A DNA stretch of 64,000 nucleotides from Candidatus Bathyarchaeota archaeon (GCA_963811105.1 CAWEPZ010000011.1:928001-992000); one strand, 5' to 3'; counted from the stretch's first letter, positions 1 to 11,606 are shown. The notes: generated from the sequence alone by a model not told the origin. Translations and numbers: made by a program.

Positions 1-1482
1 GATTTCCTCGTTTTGCGCGACCGGATATGTTAGGGTAAGGTTCCATATTGATGCCCCGTTTTTTGTGCTGTAACCCCAATACTGGTTGGGGGTCTTTAAC
101 ACAATCGTAGATCCATCCGCTGATATTCCAAGGATACTTTGGCTTCCTAAGAATGATGAGGTTCCACTTATTAGTGGAACTGGTAGTGTATGTGTCCATG
201 TGATTCCTGCTGGCCAATTGCCAATAGCCGTAGAAGGTCCAGCGAGAGAAGTCAAAAGATTGTTCGCGATAACATTCCCCAGGTTCCAAGCAACCAGCTG
301 ACCGGTATATGTAACTGCATAGGCAAGGTTGGTGCCGTCAACAAGCGCATAGCTGCTTAAACTAGCATTAACGATTGACATCATAAGTGCTCCAGTAAAG
401 GGATCATAGTAATTCCATGTAGTGCCAGGGGCAAGTACACTGCCACCGGCTGAAAACAGGTACGATGTTGGCGAGCTTCCATAAGAACTATTGAGAACTA
501 CTGCCGCTTGACCTGGTATGCCAAGAATGCTCTGAGCATATGGGTTTCCAGGTAGGTGTACACCAGCGGTAATCTGACCAGGCGCTGTATAGGTTACTTT
601 TCCCGTTGTCAAATCGATGCATTCAAAGTTGTTTTCATTGGGTATATTTCTGAATATTTTGCCATCCATGACTGTAGCACCAGGAAAATTTATAGCAGAT
701 GCATAGCTAAGGCTGCCATAATCTCCGCCTATGATCCCTCCTGCTTTAAGCGGTATGCTCCAAACTATGTGCGCAGTGCTAGGTCCTGAACCATAGGGCT
801 GCCATAAACGACAAGTGGCACCGTAAACCGGAAGGCCAAAACTGCTACTGCCAAGCCAGTCGCCTGAGATTGCGCTCCATTCTCTGTTGTTGCTGTTTAT
901 CGGGTAGCTCCAGTAAACATTTGAATTCGGCAGTTGAGAGAACGGATAACCATTGAGCAGACCAGCCAGTACTGGATCAGTCTGTACTGTAAAATACGCA
1001 GTATTACTATTGCACGCTGAATACTGTACCGTTCCACTATAGTCAGTTATGTTCTGCGTTGGCATCGTGAAGGATACACTCCAGTTACCCGCCGTATCAG
1101 GAGCATAAGTGAAGTATAATGAGCCGGTTGCCTCTGTTTCTCCCGCAACATATTGCCCTGTTCCATCGACCGGTTGGAACGAGTCTTTTGTTCCGTCAGG
1201 TTTTACGAAGGTCACCGTTATTCCGTAAAAGCCGTTATCGTATGTCCCATAAAGATAGTCTGTAGGTAAAGGAAGGACCCATAGGTTTACAGTTGCTTTT
1301 TGGCCGACTCCGACAAGTGTTGGTGCGACGCTGATGTAACCTGCAGTTTTCTCAGGCTGAGGAACACCAACTTGAGCTAAGCCAGGCTGAGCAAAAGCCA
1401 TAATCATCGAGACAGTTAATATCAGAATCAACGAAAGCGACCAGAATGCTTTTTTGTTTCTAATAATAAAATTTACATTCAT
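1..1482 (-). CDS. Secreted PQQ-type beta-propeller surface protein (5' part; runs off window start)
   Basis: Manual translation from ATG 1482: MNVNFIIRNKKAFWSLSLILILTVSMIMAFAQPGLAQVGVPQPEKTAGYISVAPTLVGVGQKATVNLWVLP... Signal peptide, AAGGAG RBS upstream. Absent from the ORF track, presumably because it has no stop in the window. Confidence 0.75.
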   Translation of the reverse strand, partial: MNVNFIIRNKKAFWSLSLILILTVSMIMAFAQPGLAQVGVPQPEKTAGYISVAPTLVGVGQKATVNLWVLPLPTDYLYGTYDNGFYGITVTFVKPDGTKDSFQPVDGTGQYVAGETEATGSLYFTYAPDTAGNWSVSFTMPTQNITDYSGTVQYSACNSNTAYFTVQTDPVLAGLLNGYPFSQLPNSNVYWSYPINSNNREWSAISGDWLGSSSFGLPVYGATCRLWQPYGSGPSTAHIVWSIPLKAGGIIGGDYGSLSYASAINFPGATVMDGKIFRNIPNENNFECIDLTTGKVTYTAPGQITAGVHLPGNPYAQSILGIPGQAAVVLNSSYGSSPTSYLFSAGGSVLAPGTTWNYYDPFTGALMMSIVNASLSSYALVDGTNLAYAVTYTGQLVAWNLGNVIANNLLTSLAGPSTAIGNWPAGITWTHTLPVPLISGTSSFLGSQSILGISADGSTIVLKTPNQYWGYSTKNGASIWNLTLTYPVAQNEEI

Positions 1483-1648
1483 TTTCCCTGATTCTCCTTG
1501 ATAATTTCTGGAGAATTTCTAGCTTATATTCTTTTAGTAAATTATACCTAAGCATAAAAAGAGACATGTTGGGCACCATAATCACTAAAGAGGAGTTTTT
1601 TTTCCTTTGAAAATAGAAGCAGGTAATTATTCGTTGTTTTATGTTTGT

Positions 1649-1706
1649 ATTAAATTTTAATTTCGCCGTTAAAATTGCGGTAATCTTGTGTTTAGTTCAA
1701 ACTCTA
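1649..1706 (+). repeat. Dispersed ~55-bp intergenic repeat, copy 1
   Basis: ccgttaaaattgcgg-N11-ttagttcaaactcta; ungapped match to 2189-2246 and the inverted copy at 3375-3426. Confidence 0.75.
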
Positions 1707-1790
1707 ATTACATATTGTTTTTTGGAGCCGCCAAAATAGAAATAAGGAAAGGATGTTTGCATCCACCCACAAAAACTTTTCTAAGTCGCT

Positions 1791-2027
1791 TCAGACTCGC
1801 GTAAAACGTCCTCCAAACATTTTTTCTAACTCCTGACGGGCACCTTCACTTCCTCCGCGAAGTCTTGCCATGTTCAACTTGTACACTGGGCAAGAAGTGT
1901 ATTGATACCCTTTTGGGTTGGAGCATCGTACAACAATCCCTCCATCAGGGGGAACACACATTCTGTCCTCGTTGAAAAATTGACAACCATAACCGCCATA
2001 GCTCCTGTCTCCTTCAATTGTATCCAT
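1791..2027 (-). CDS. Small Cys-rich hypothetical protein (78 aa)
   Basis: MDTIEGDRSYGGYGCQFF... with 4 Cys; strong RBS GGAGGTGA before ATG 2027. Confidence 0.6.
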   Translation of the reverse strand: MDTIEGDRSYGGYGCQFFNEDRMCVPPDGGIVVRCSNPKGYQYTSCPVYKLNMARLRGGSEGARQELEKMFGGRFTRV

Positions 2028-2188
2028 AACAAAATCACCTCCCCCTAACAATTTTGAGATAAAAAGCCTATTCGAGTTCCTCTTTAAATTACTTGCCCTA
2101 TTTACAGTCACGCATGTTAATATGGAGACTTTTCCATGAGATTCTTAATAAATATGCGTTTTTGTAGTCAATTGACCATTTTTTTTAA

Positions 2189-2246
2189 ATTAAACTTTGA
2201 TTTCACCGCTTAAGTTGTGGCTTTCGGTTTGTTAGTTCAAACTCTA
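2189..2246 (+). repeat. Dispersed ~55-bp intergenic repeat, copy 2
   Basis: ccgcttaagttgtgg-N11-ttagttcaaactcta, 540 bp from copy 1. Confidence 0.75.
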
Positions 2247-2426
2247 TTTTAGAATTAATTACACAGTTGCCTAAAAAGAATATTCTATTGAGTATTTTTC
2301 TCTATAAAAAAAGACATATTTTAACTTATGCCCTAACCCTAATTGTAGTGTTGTGTTCTATGACCGAGAATACGATGAAGCAATAGAAGCCTAATGTGCC
2401 CTCTCTTTTTTCTTGCGGTTTGTGGA

Positions 2427-3209
2427 TTAATCGACTTTCTTGATTTGATTGTTTTCAGGTTCTTTTCTTTCCATCATAATTGTATTATAAAGCCATTTCT
2501 CAAAAGCTTCCTCTGAAGTCAAGTCTGCTTGAGCACCATTGATTTTCAGTTTGTGATTTCGAAATTTGCCCTTCCGTTTCCTTTCCTTCAGCTTCTCTTT
2601 CAGCCAATCATACAAAAAAGACGAAAACAAACTAAGTGCCACGTTGGGCAATACAGTATTCCCGAAATAACCTATTGCGGTGATAATTAGAGAGGAATCT
2701 TGTTTGTCTAGATTTTCATAGTGTAGCTCAATCGTAACTTCTTCTTTAAGTTCAATTATGACTCCTGCTTTTGTGTAGTATATCTCTTTGACAGCTTTTT
2801 TGTCATCAGTATGAGCAACATATGCAGTGGGCAGACTGAGGGACGTAAACTTGTCGATTGTAGCTACGAACGTAGACTTATCTGTTGGAGCAATTTCAAT
2901 TTGTATAGCTTTTTGTGTTATCATTCTTCGGTTTTGCATGTTGTAAGAGGTGGGCGCTTGTTGAACATATGCGGATGGAAATCTTTGCTGAGGGTTGGGC
3001 TGTACGTTTGGAGTAGGGAATACTGATGTAACTGCTAAGATGACAAAAGCTGTAGCCTTTCCAAAGGTTAGGGCTACTTTTGCTAAATATTTATTTCGAG
3101 CCTTTTTTTGAACAAGCTTGGAGCAACGTGGACAAAACTCGGATTCTTCATCATGCACTAATTCGCCACAAATAGAGCATTTCAAAGGAAAACCATCCTC
3201 AACTTGCAT
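2427..3209 (-). CDS. Hypothetical protein with N-terminal CxxC...CxxC zinc ribbon and hydrophobic segments
   Basis: 260-aa ORF; CSIC...CPRC motif followed by a TM-like stretch. Confidence 0.6.
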   Translation of the reverse strand: MQVEDGFPLKCSICGELVHDEESEFCPRCSKLVQKKARNKYLAKVALTFGKATAFVILAVTSVFPTPNVQPNPQQRFPSAYVQQAPTSYNMQNRRMITQKAIQIEIAPTDKSTFVATIDKFTSLSLPTAYVAHTDDKKAVKEIYYTKAGVIIELKEEVTIELHYENLDKQDSSLIITAIGYFGNTVLPNVALSLFSSFLYDWLKEKLKERKRKGKFRNHKLKINGAQADLTSEEAFEKWLYNTIMMERKEPENNQIKKVD

Positions 3210-3374
3210 AGATGTATTTGCTTTTTCTCGACTATTAACAATTCCTATTTAGTTTTATTCAATCATTTAACTAGTTCCATATATTTGTTTGAGTCATCAT
3301 ACATTCTGGTTTTCTAACCTATTTCTATTCTATGCATTCAAACTCATTTTGTTTTCGAATCCTTTTATGGTTAC

Positions 3375-3426
3375 TGAATTTGAACTAAGTTACGAAATGC
3401 CGCAACCTTAACGGCTAATTTTTAAT
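3375..3426 (-). repeat. Dispersed ~55-bp intergenic repeat, copy 3 (inverted)
   Basis: Reverse complement reads ccgttaaggttgcgg-N11-ttagttcaaattca. Confidence 0.7.
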
Positions 3427-3629
3427 CTTTCTCTCTCTCTCTCTCTTCTCTCTCTCTCGCGAACTCATACGACTACGAACTCTCTAACTCTCATTCACTC
3501 ACACACCCGTGCGCGTGCTAACGTCTGTCAGTCTGTCAGTCTGTCTCTCTTAGTGTCACCCTGTTACTCTGTTACTCTTACTCGCTGTCTTTGTCAGACT
3601 CTCTGCCATTGTCAACCTGTCACTTTCTG

Positions 3630-4290
3630 TCACTCAATCTGGCGTTTGCGTTTCTTGAAGTAAACCAACAAAGCAACAACTAAAGTCACGGAAATTATGA
3701 TGCCAGCAGCCACAGGGATAATAGGGAAAGTCTCTGGCACTTGCACATCAAAACTAATTGTTTCTGAGGTTCCAACTTCCCATGCTTCATCCATTGTGTA
3801 AATTGTTAACTTATGCAGACCATTAGACAAGCCAGTAAGAGTGGTATTTCCAGTAATAGTTACATTCTTTCGGTCATCAAGACGTACTTGATTTCTAAAG
3901 CCGGGTTATCCACAGTGAAATTTAAAGGAACATTAGAAACAGCGTAGTTCTCTGCTTTAGGCGACAGAAGCGATATTTGAGTCAGAGTGAGGGTTTGTGT
4001 ATTGCTCCAACTGCTTATTTCACCAGTAAAAACATCGTGATACAATTGCCCTAATGGAAATACATAATCGTCATAAATTCGAGTATAATACCCTATAAGT
4101 GCCTCAACGCAAAAATCTATCTGAACGTTAATGTTTCTTGACTGGATTTAGTCAAATTTTCTTGACCTACTTTTTCAGTATCAAACATTTCCTTGCAGTC
4201 TTTCCTGATTTTAATCAGAACAATTGGTATGGCGAGTAGTAAGGGTAAAATTGTTAACCAAGAAAACTCTGGAACGGAAGAGAAGGTAGA
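3630..4290 (-). pseudogene. Fragments of secreted membrane-anchored protein(s) with VPE(T)F-TM-basic C-terminal sorting tails
   Basis: Broken ORFs 3630-3830 and 3860-4045 end VPETFPIIPVAAG..YFKKRKR. A second tail, VPEFSWLTILPLLLAIPIV, is at ~4220-4280. Confidence 0.55.
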
Positions 4291-4779
4291 ACTGATAAGT
4301 TCATTTAAGGTAATTGTCCACTTGTAGCTTTGATATTATGTATGTTTTTTCTATAGATTGTTATTACAATAACACTAACCAATGTTATTACTAAGGATAC
4401 AAAAGTCGCTCCAAGCAAAATCCCACTATCAAAGTATGATGTTTGTAAACTTGCGTAAGTTAAGTTGCCATATCTGGATGCACCGTGGAACGTTAAGCCG
4501 GAACAAAAGTAGACATTATGATGGATTATGACTTGCCCTATTCGGTTCTCGGCAAGCTAATCGACAAATGCGGTTCCACAAAGCCATGAGAAGAGCTTTG
4601 ATATAGGTTTGCAAAAACTGAAAGACATGAGGGAGAAATAATAACTCCTAAGGCGCGCTGCGTTAACGCGCTACTTTTTCCTTTTATTATGCGTTGAAGA
4701 ACGTCGGTGAGACTGCTGCTTTGTCGGGTCTTCCAAGGTTTTGAGCTGCTTCTCTGGTTAAGACTAGACAAAGTTAAGA

Positions 4780-7757
4780 TTAATCGCATAGGCATTTGTA
4801 GTCGCAGTAGTTGCATTCCCAGCTTCCTTTTTTGGGTTCAAATGCTGCTGCTTTGATTTTTGATGCCATCTCCGCGATTTCTGTTCGCATTGCTTCAATG
4901 GCTTTGTTTTCGGGTTCAAAAAACACTTTCTCGTTGGATCGTAAGAACCAGTTTCCGACCTTCAAAGGACCATCGCCATATATCTCCTTAACAGCAAGTG
5001 CATAAACCAACAGTTGCATGTCCTTTTTTAGCTCGTTTAGAGACGATGCCTTTTTGCTTGTTTTATAGTCGACAACAGTGTAGCTGGATCCGTCTCGGTC
5101 GATGCGGTCGATTCGTCCTCTTAGCTGTATGTCGCCAATCGAGGTTTCAAACCACCGTTCAATGTCAACAATCTCCGTCTTGCTCTTAGCCTGCTCTTTT
5201 AGGAAAACTTTCAAGATCGCCTTCGCCTCTGCATAATCTCTCTTTTCATCAATCTTTGACTTGTAGCCTTTCGGATCCCAAAACTTCGCAAGAAGCTCAC
5301 CAGCAACATCTTTGTTTATGGCTTTGCCGTCTTTTTGCATCCTAGTTAATTGCTCTGCGATACTGTGCAGTGAGGAGCCGAAGTCAAAGTAGTAGCGGGG
5401 CTTCTCCGGAATCTTCATAACATGGCGATACTGGTAGAGCCTGGGACATTTCTTGTAGCCGACAAATTGCGACACGCTAAAAACGTGGTCTTCGGAGACT
5501 GTAACTGGCGCTTCGTCAGCTTGTTCCAGTGCTGAGTAGTCGGGTTCTTTTATCTTGCCTATTAATTCGGTTTTGATATCCAGGTTTTTGTTTGTTGATT
5601 TGGCGTATAGGAGAACGTTTTCTATGGCTTCGTTGAATTTTCCCGCTGTTAGGTTTGATATTACTTGTTTCATGAGGCGGGTTTGGGTTTGGTTTTCTTT
5701 TGTTGTTGATTCTGGAGAGAGTTCTTGAGGGTCAGCTTGTCGGAAGGTTATGTTTTCGTTTTGTTGATAATCTATTTCGGTTAGGAATCTTGAGGGTTTT
5801 GAGTCTGTTTTGTTTTCACCATAACGCTTTGCATAGGTGATAATTAGCTTCTCTTTGGCTCGGGTTATGGCTACGTAGAAGAGTCTTCGTTCTTCTTGGA
5901 TATGGAGCTCTTTTTCGTCGAATTTGGATTTGATTCCCTTGATTAGGTCTTGGGGGATTGAGAATTTGTCTTTTTGGAATTTTGTTGGCAGCCTATGCTC
6001 GATGACGTCTGGAATTATGACCACGGGGTACTGCATGCCTTTGACGCCATGTATGGTTGAGATGGTTATTGCTTGTTCTTCGAGGTTTTTTTCTTCGATT
6101 TCAAAGTTTGAGGCAAAAGACAGATACTCTGCAAAGTCTTCTACATCATTATTCGGATAGATTCTGTTGAATTCTTCGGCAAACTCAAAAAACTGATTTA
6201 AGAGCTGTATGTTTCGGTTGTTTTGGAGCGCTATTTCGTATTTGTAGAATTCGCGTTCAAAAAGCAGGCTGTGAATGAGGTCAAGTGTTCGAAGTCTCTT
6301 TTTGGAGCCAATTATTTCGGAAAGGGTCTGTTTGACTTGGAGGAACTTGAATTTATCCACATCAATACTCGCTTAAGTGGTCAAAGGCCTCATATAATGA
6401 AATTTCATTTTGATCAGCATAGCAGTTGAATTTGCATATCTCAATCTGCCTAATGCCGTAATTGCTTCGGTTTAGAATCCTTACGATTTCAGCATTGCTT
6501 TCTAATGGGTTACTTATGACTTTTAGGTAAGCTGCAACGTCTTTTATGATAGGTTCTTGGAAGAAGCCTGTCTCGCCAACGAAGTTAAAACGCATGGCCT
6601 GCTTTCTGAATGCTTTGATTATTGGTTCAGCAGTCGACCTTCGCCTGCACAATATCGCTATATCTTGCAAGGGATATTTTTTTAGGAGCTCTTTGACTGT
6701 TTCTAGAATATAGTTTGCTTGCGAAGAATCGCTTGGAGTCTCGACGATCGCTACGTTTTCTCCGTCTGGGTTGGTTGTGAAAAGTTTCTTAATTGTTCTT
6801 TCGGGACTCTTTTCAATTAGCTTGTTAGCGGCTGCTACGATTTTTTTGGTGCTACGGTAATTGTGTTCTAACGTTTTCTCAACGTAGTTAGGGAACATTT
6901 TTTTGAATTCTGCTATGTTTGTTAGGTAGGCGCCTCGGAAACGGTAAATACTTTGATCATCATCGCCTACCACGGTGATGTGGCCATGATTGCTAGCTAT
7001 CAAATGGACTATCTGCAGTTGAATGTAGTTAGTATCTTGGAATTCATCAACGATAATGAACTGGAATTTTTCCCGATATTTTTTTAGGATAAGTGGCTTA
7101 TTTTTTAGTAAGTTGTAGACTGTGCAGAGCATGTCTCCAAAATCAAGCATGTTATTTTTTGCTTTATAATCTTCGTAGGACCTGATAAATTTTTAGTATA
7201 TCCTTTAAATTGTTTAAGTCGTCAAGAGCTTCTTCATCGAGCCCGGTTTTTTCCTGAGTTTCAATGTATTGTTGAATATCCTCTGGCGAGATTGATTCGT
7301 CTTTGCATCTTGAGATGAACTTTTTCATTTCTTCAGCTAAGGTGTAGGGTTCATGGTTGAATTCAAGATGCTCAATACCAAAACTGTTGATGTTCTTGGT
7401 CAAATAGACTTTTTGAGCTGTTTCAGTGATTACCTTAAAGTTAGCATTAAGTTTAGTGTTAAGAATGTTATCTTGAATGACCTGATTGCAGAAAGAGTGA
7501 AAGGTTGATATGTTCAAGTCCTCAGCATTCCCAACCATACCCAGAACTCTATTCTTAAGCTCCTCAGCCGCCTTCTCATTAAAAGCTAAAGCAAGAATAT
7601 TCTCTGTTTTAGCACCCTGCTCCAAAAGATAAGCAATTTTACTTGCCACAGTTAAAGTCTTGCCTGAACCAGCACCTGCTATTATTAGAAGGGGCTTCTC
7701 AATCTCTTTCACAGCTTCCTGCTGCTGAGGATTAAGATTGTCCATGAGATTCATCAT
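4780..7757 (-). CDS. UvrD/PcrA-family SF1 helicase fused to a C-terminal PD-(D/E)XK (RecB/AdnAB-like) nuclease with Fe-S Cys motif; two frameshifts
   Basis: Three consecutive ORFs with AGAGSGKT, VDEFQD, VGDDDQSIYRFRGA, EERRLFYVAITRAK, GRIDRID..VVDYKT, and CP..CNYCDYKCLC. Confidence 0.85.
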
Positions 7758-8180
7758 CTTGCCGCCTTAGCACTTGTCAACGTCATCATTGACGTTGCGT
7801 AGAGAATTTAACGTTTTGCAACTGCAAAATTTTACCGACGAATTAGAAATATAGCAAACAGAAGCAAGCATAGTCTTTCATACTCTAAGGAACAAATCAG
7901 CCTTCACGGCTCAGACGCTTCTAATCGAAAATAGGAGTATTCGTTACTGAAACCTTCACTTGAAGAAAAAGAATTTCACTCTATAATAAAACAGCCAAGC
8001 GAAGTCTCTGTTTGAGGAGCTACAAAAGCAATTGGGCAATATACTGAAAACTGCATTCAGAAAAAAAACGCACAAACATCCTCACTATAAAACACATAAA
8101 CAAAACATTCAGAAACTATGCTCAAAATTGAGCATCTTTTTGTAGTTAGTTTTTGCCCTTGATCATGGTTCTTCTACCAT

Positions 8181-11006
8181 TTAAGACCCTTCAGCGCCAT
8201 TACTGATCAGAGAAGATTGGTGCTGTACTACTTGCTTGATGTCTTTTCGTTTTTGGTCCCAATAATTCAGAGTTTCTTCGCTTGTGAAAGGCGCGATTTC
8301 TCTTAGAAACTGGCTTCTTGCTGGTTCCCAAGTGTAAATGGTCAATTCTTCCATAGCTCGAGTTATGGCAACATAAAATAGTCTTCGCTCTTCCTGATTC
8401 TGATCTTGTCGAGGATAATTCTCCCGAGCAGGCTCAAGAATAGAGGAATCTTCAATTTCGCAAGGGAACCCATATGGATCCTTTATTACATTTAGAATGA
8501 AAACGACTTTAGCTTGGAGCCCTTTACATCGATGTACATTCATCAATCGAATTTGATTTTTTTGCGGAGGTTTTCTACCGTTTGAAACTGAAATGCCTAG
8601 TTCCTTAGCTTTTTCAGCAAAACAGTCAACAATTCTTGGGAACCTGTATCTGCTTAAAACCAGAATGTCGTTAGGGGAAACTCCTCCTTGGATGCATTTG
8701 AGTATTTTTTCTGCGCAGTCATCGGACGTTTGTTCATAATAATGTTTCCAGTATTTTTTTAAATGATTGGAGCAGATTACTTTGATTTTTTTACTAACTA
8801 TCTTTTTAGACATCGTTGATTTTGGAATTTGATTTTGACCATTGTTCTTTATGAGGGCTGCTCCCGCGTCAACTATTGTTTTTTGGCTGCGATAATTGGT
8901 TGAAATCGGGGTTACTTCTGGATTTGTGAAGTATTTGTTGAAATTGACGAAGTAATTCAAGTTGGATCCGGAAAAGCCCATTATGCTTTGCCAATCATCG
9001 CCTACACAGAAGAGTTTGCATTTTGGATTTCTTTCTAAAAGAGTTTTTATGAGCCTTTGACGTTGTTCACTTATGTCTTGGTATTCGTCTATCAATATGT
9101 GATCTAATACGTCATAATACAAGTGGCTATCTTGAAGCAAGGCTTCGATTGCTTTGTTAATCATGTCCCCGAAATCTATCTTGTTGGTGTTTTTTAGCCA
9201 TTTTTCGTAGTCGCGGTAAACTTCTAAAGCCATCAAACCGAATGTAGTTTGTTTTAAGTCCCATTTTCCGTTCTTCAGTTTTTCTACTATTCTTTCAGGT
9301 GTTAAATTGTAAGTTTTTGCGTTCTTTATAAATTCAGTTACATTTCTTGAATTTGGGTCTTTGTAAGGCGCCCATGCTATCTCAACGATTTCTTCGTAAC
9401 TCAAAGGAGTAAATACAACGTCGATTTGTTGTTTTTCTTGAAGTTTTTGGATAATTCTATCTTGCAGTATAGTTAAGAATTGTTGGCTTTGGTTTTCGTT
9501 GTATTCATAAGTGAAGGTTTCAACCAGCGATTTTTTGTTTTCCAAGAACCATTTCTTTTTCTTTGCCTTGATTTCTCTATATTTCTCGCCGGATTGATTA
9601 AACCATTTTGGTGGTCTTTCGTCTTTATTCAATCCCCAATGTTCTATGTATAAATCAAACTTGTTTATGTAAAAATCAGGCTTAAACTGGTCTAAGATTG
9701 GCTCATATTGAACTTCGATTTTTTCTCCGTTTATTTTGTGCGTTAGAAGAAAATCCATAATCACCTTTTCAGCTATACTGTTAACTCTGGTATTGTCAAT
9801 GGCGACGTAAACGTCAAATTCTTTTTCTCTTAGAGCAGCATCCTTGTTTTTTGTTGAGGGAGTGTTGTAGAATTTCATGTAATTTAAGAAGAGATGATAA
9901 AAATTGGTGTCGGTGTTTAGTTTATTCTCGTATATTTCTTTGATAGTTCTGTTTGATTCGTTGTCGTTTGCTATATGTTTGTGGAGGATTTTTCGGCCTA
10001 AATGACTCTCATAGATGTCTTTTCCCAATTTATGGAAAGTTCTAACGTTAACCTTATCCACATTGAGGAAATCTGAATTAGATAGTTCCTTAAGTCTTGT
10101 TTTTATTTCATCTTTGGCTTTAGCTTGGAAAGCAATTGCTAAGATTCGATCAGGTTTGATACTGTTCGGTTTTTTTTCTAAAAGATAGGCGATTCTGTTG
10201 ATTAGAACTTCTGTTTTTCCTGACCCGGCGGCGGCAACCACAAGATTATGTTTGTCGTCTTTAATTATCGCGGCTTTTTGATCTTCGTCTAACGAGAATT
10301 TTGCGTTTTTAAAAAGATGAGCATATTCTTCTTTTCTTCTTTCGATAAACTTCGGATTATAACTATCAACAAATTTTTGGTAAGTCACCGATTCTAATTT
10401 AGCCTTGAAATAATAATCATTACCAATTAACCCTGATTGCTTAAAATGGTCCATGTTGTCATTTTGCAATTTCAACTTCAAATTGAAAAGTTCTTTTTCC
10501 GAGAATGTAAGGTACTCTCCATTACAAATTATTCTGGAGATTTCATTGCAAATTAGTTCCTTTCGAAGGTTCAAAAGACCCAATGCTGAATCTGAGAGTA
10601 AATTCAAATAATTTTGATTTGTCTTCGCCAAAATTTCAATCTTATTAAAAGTGAAATAGCTTTCCTTAAGCGCAATCAACCTATCAAACCATTGGTTCAA
10701 GTCCAATTCAGAAATTTCTGAGGCACTGTTTGTGATTTCTCTTATTTGATTTCGAGCGTTTTCAATTTCTTTAAGTTGCTTTTCTATAGAATTGACTATT
10801 GCAGCTTTTTTTACCTTCAAATCGGAAATTTGTTGGTCTAAGTTCTTATTAATTAGGAAATCTAATAGGAAAAATGCAAGTATACGCTTTATGTTTTTCA
10901 AATGTGCTTTTGCCACTATTTCAGTATCAATTCTCTGTAAATCAGCAATAATTGTACCCATCGATATCCCGTTTAAACAACTCAGATAAGAGATACCATT
11001 TTTCAA
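8181..11006 (-). CDS. UvrD-family (HelD/helicase IV-like) helicase with internal PD-(D/E)XK-like insertion and N-terminal coiled coil
   Basis: AAAGSGKT, IDEYQD, VGDDWQSI, EERRLFYVAITRA; insert PDFYINKFDLYIEHWG. Likely start is ATG 10961. Confidence 0.85.
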   Translation of the reverse strand: MKNGISYLSCLNGISMGTIIADLQRIDTEIVAKAHLKNIKRILAFFLLDFLINKNLDQQISDLKVKKAAIVNSIEKQLKEIENARNQIREITNSASEISELDLNQWFDRLIALKESYFTFNKIEILAKTNQNYLNLLSDSALGLLNLRKELICNEISRIICNGEYLTFSEKELFNLKLKLQNDNMDHFKQSGLIGNDYYFKAKLESVTYQKFVDSYNPKFIERRKEEYAHLFKNAKFSLDEDQKAAIIKDDKHNLVVAAAGSGKTEVLINRIAYLLEKKPNSIKPDRILAIAFQAKAKDEIKTRLKELSNSDFLNVDKVNVRTFHKLGKDIYESHLGRKILHKHIANDNESNRTIKEIYENKLNTDTNFYHLFLNYMKFYNTPSTKNKDAALREKEFDVYVAIDNTRVNSIAEKVIMDFLLTHKINGEKIEVQYEPILDQFKPDFYINKFDLYIEHWGLNKDERPPKWFNQSGEKYREIKAKKKKWFLENKKSLVETFTYEYNENQSQQFLTILQDRIIQKLQEKQQIDVVFTPLSYEEIVEIAWAPYKDPNSRNVTEFIKNAKTYNLTPERIVEKLKNGKWDLKQTTFGLMALEVYRDYEKWLKNTNKIDFGDMINKAIEALLQDSHLYYDVLDHILIDEYQDISEQRQRLIKTLLERNPKCKLFCVGDDWQSIMGFSGSNLNYFVNFNKYFTNPEVTPISTNYRSQKTIVDAGAALIKNNGQNQIPKSTMSKKIVSKKIKVICSNHLKKYWKHYYEQTSDDCAEKILKCIQGGVSPNDILVLSRYRFPRIVDCFAEKAKELGISVSNGRKPPQKNQIRLMNVHRCKGLQAKVVFILNVIKDPYGFPCEIEDSSILEPARENYPRQDQNQEERRLFYVAITRAMEELTIYTWEPARSQFLREIAPFTSEETLNYWDQKRKDIKQVVQHQSSLISNGAEGS

Positions 11007-11208
11007 GTGTTTTCAATATAAAACATTGTTGAATTTGAAATCCTGATTATCAGAATTTTACTTTTCAAAAATTCACCTTTCGCTGTTTAATGTTTGCCGA
11101 AAACGACGGAGCAAAACAAATAGAATTACGATCAAACTCCAAAAAACTTTCCATAAAGTCATTGGAAAAACTACAAGCTGCAAATGTAACTTCTTGTTGG
11201 CTATCAAT

Positions 11209-11606
11209 ATGGTTTTTAATCCTGGTTTGGAAAAAATCAAGTTATCGACAATAATAGGTTATGTTAGATTTTTTTGTGCAGCACTCAAGGTGGAATGAGA
11301 AGAAGCCTCAGAACTAACACGCTGGTCTTAATTAATAACCATACTAAGGCGGTTTATCCAGACCGATGGATTGACGGAGTTCTTCATTATGTTGGCATGG
11401 GTTTGACTGGAGATCAAGACATTAATCATGCTGAGAATATAACATTGTGCCGTTCGCAAACCAACGGTGTTAAAGTACACTTGTTTGAGGTTTTCATTGT
11501 GGGGCAATATAAATACCGTGGCGAAGTAAAAATAGTTGATAGGACCATATCAAAAGTCGGTAGCCGATATCGAAGGAACAACCGATTTGTTGGATCCTAC
11601 AATTAA
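11209..11606 (+). pseudogene. Truncated SRA/YDG-like modified-DNA recognition domain of an McrA-type (SRA-HNH) restriction gene
   Basis: MVFNPGL..CSTQGGMRRS..LVLI..YPDRW..VLHYVGMGLTGDQ..VHLFEVF..YKYRGEV. Internal stop and frameshift; no HNH domain follows. Confidence 0.6.

Noticed and set aside
86-789. Short + strand ORFs, and the many similar antisense ORFs inside large genes
   Set aside because: Shadow frames opposite well-supported CDSs.
4650-4675. Scattered intergenic GCGCG-containing mini-hairpins (also ~41530, 44725, 47025, 51565)
   Set aside because: Too short and heterogeneous to define a repeat family by eye.
4780-5480. Cas4 call for the Fe-S PD-(D/E)XK domain
   Set aside because: It is the fused C-terminus of a UvrD helicase, with no CRISPR context.
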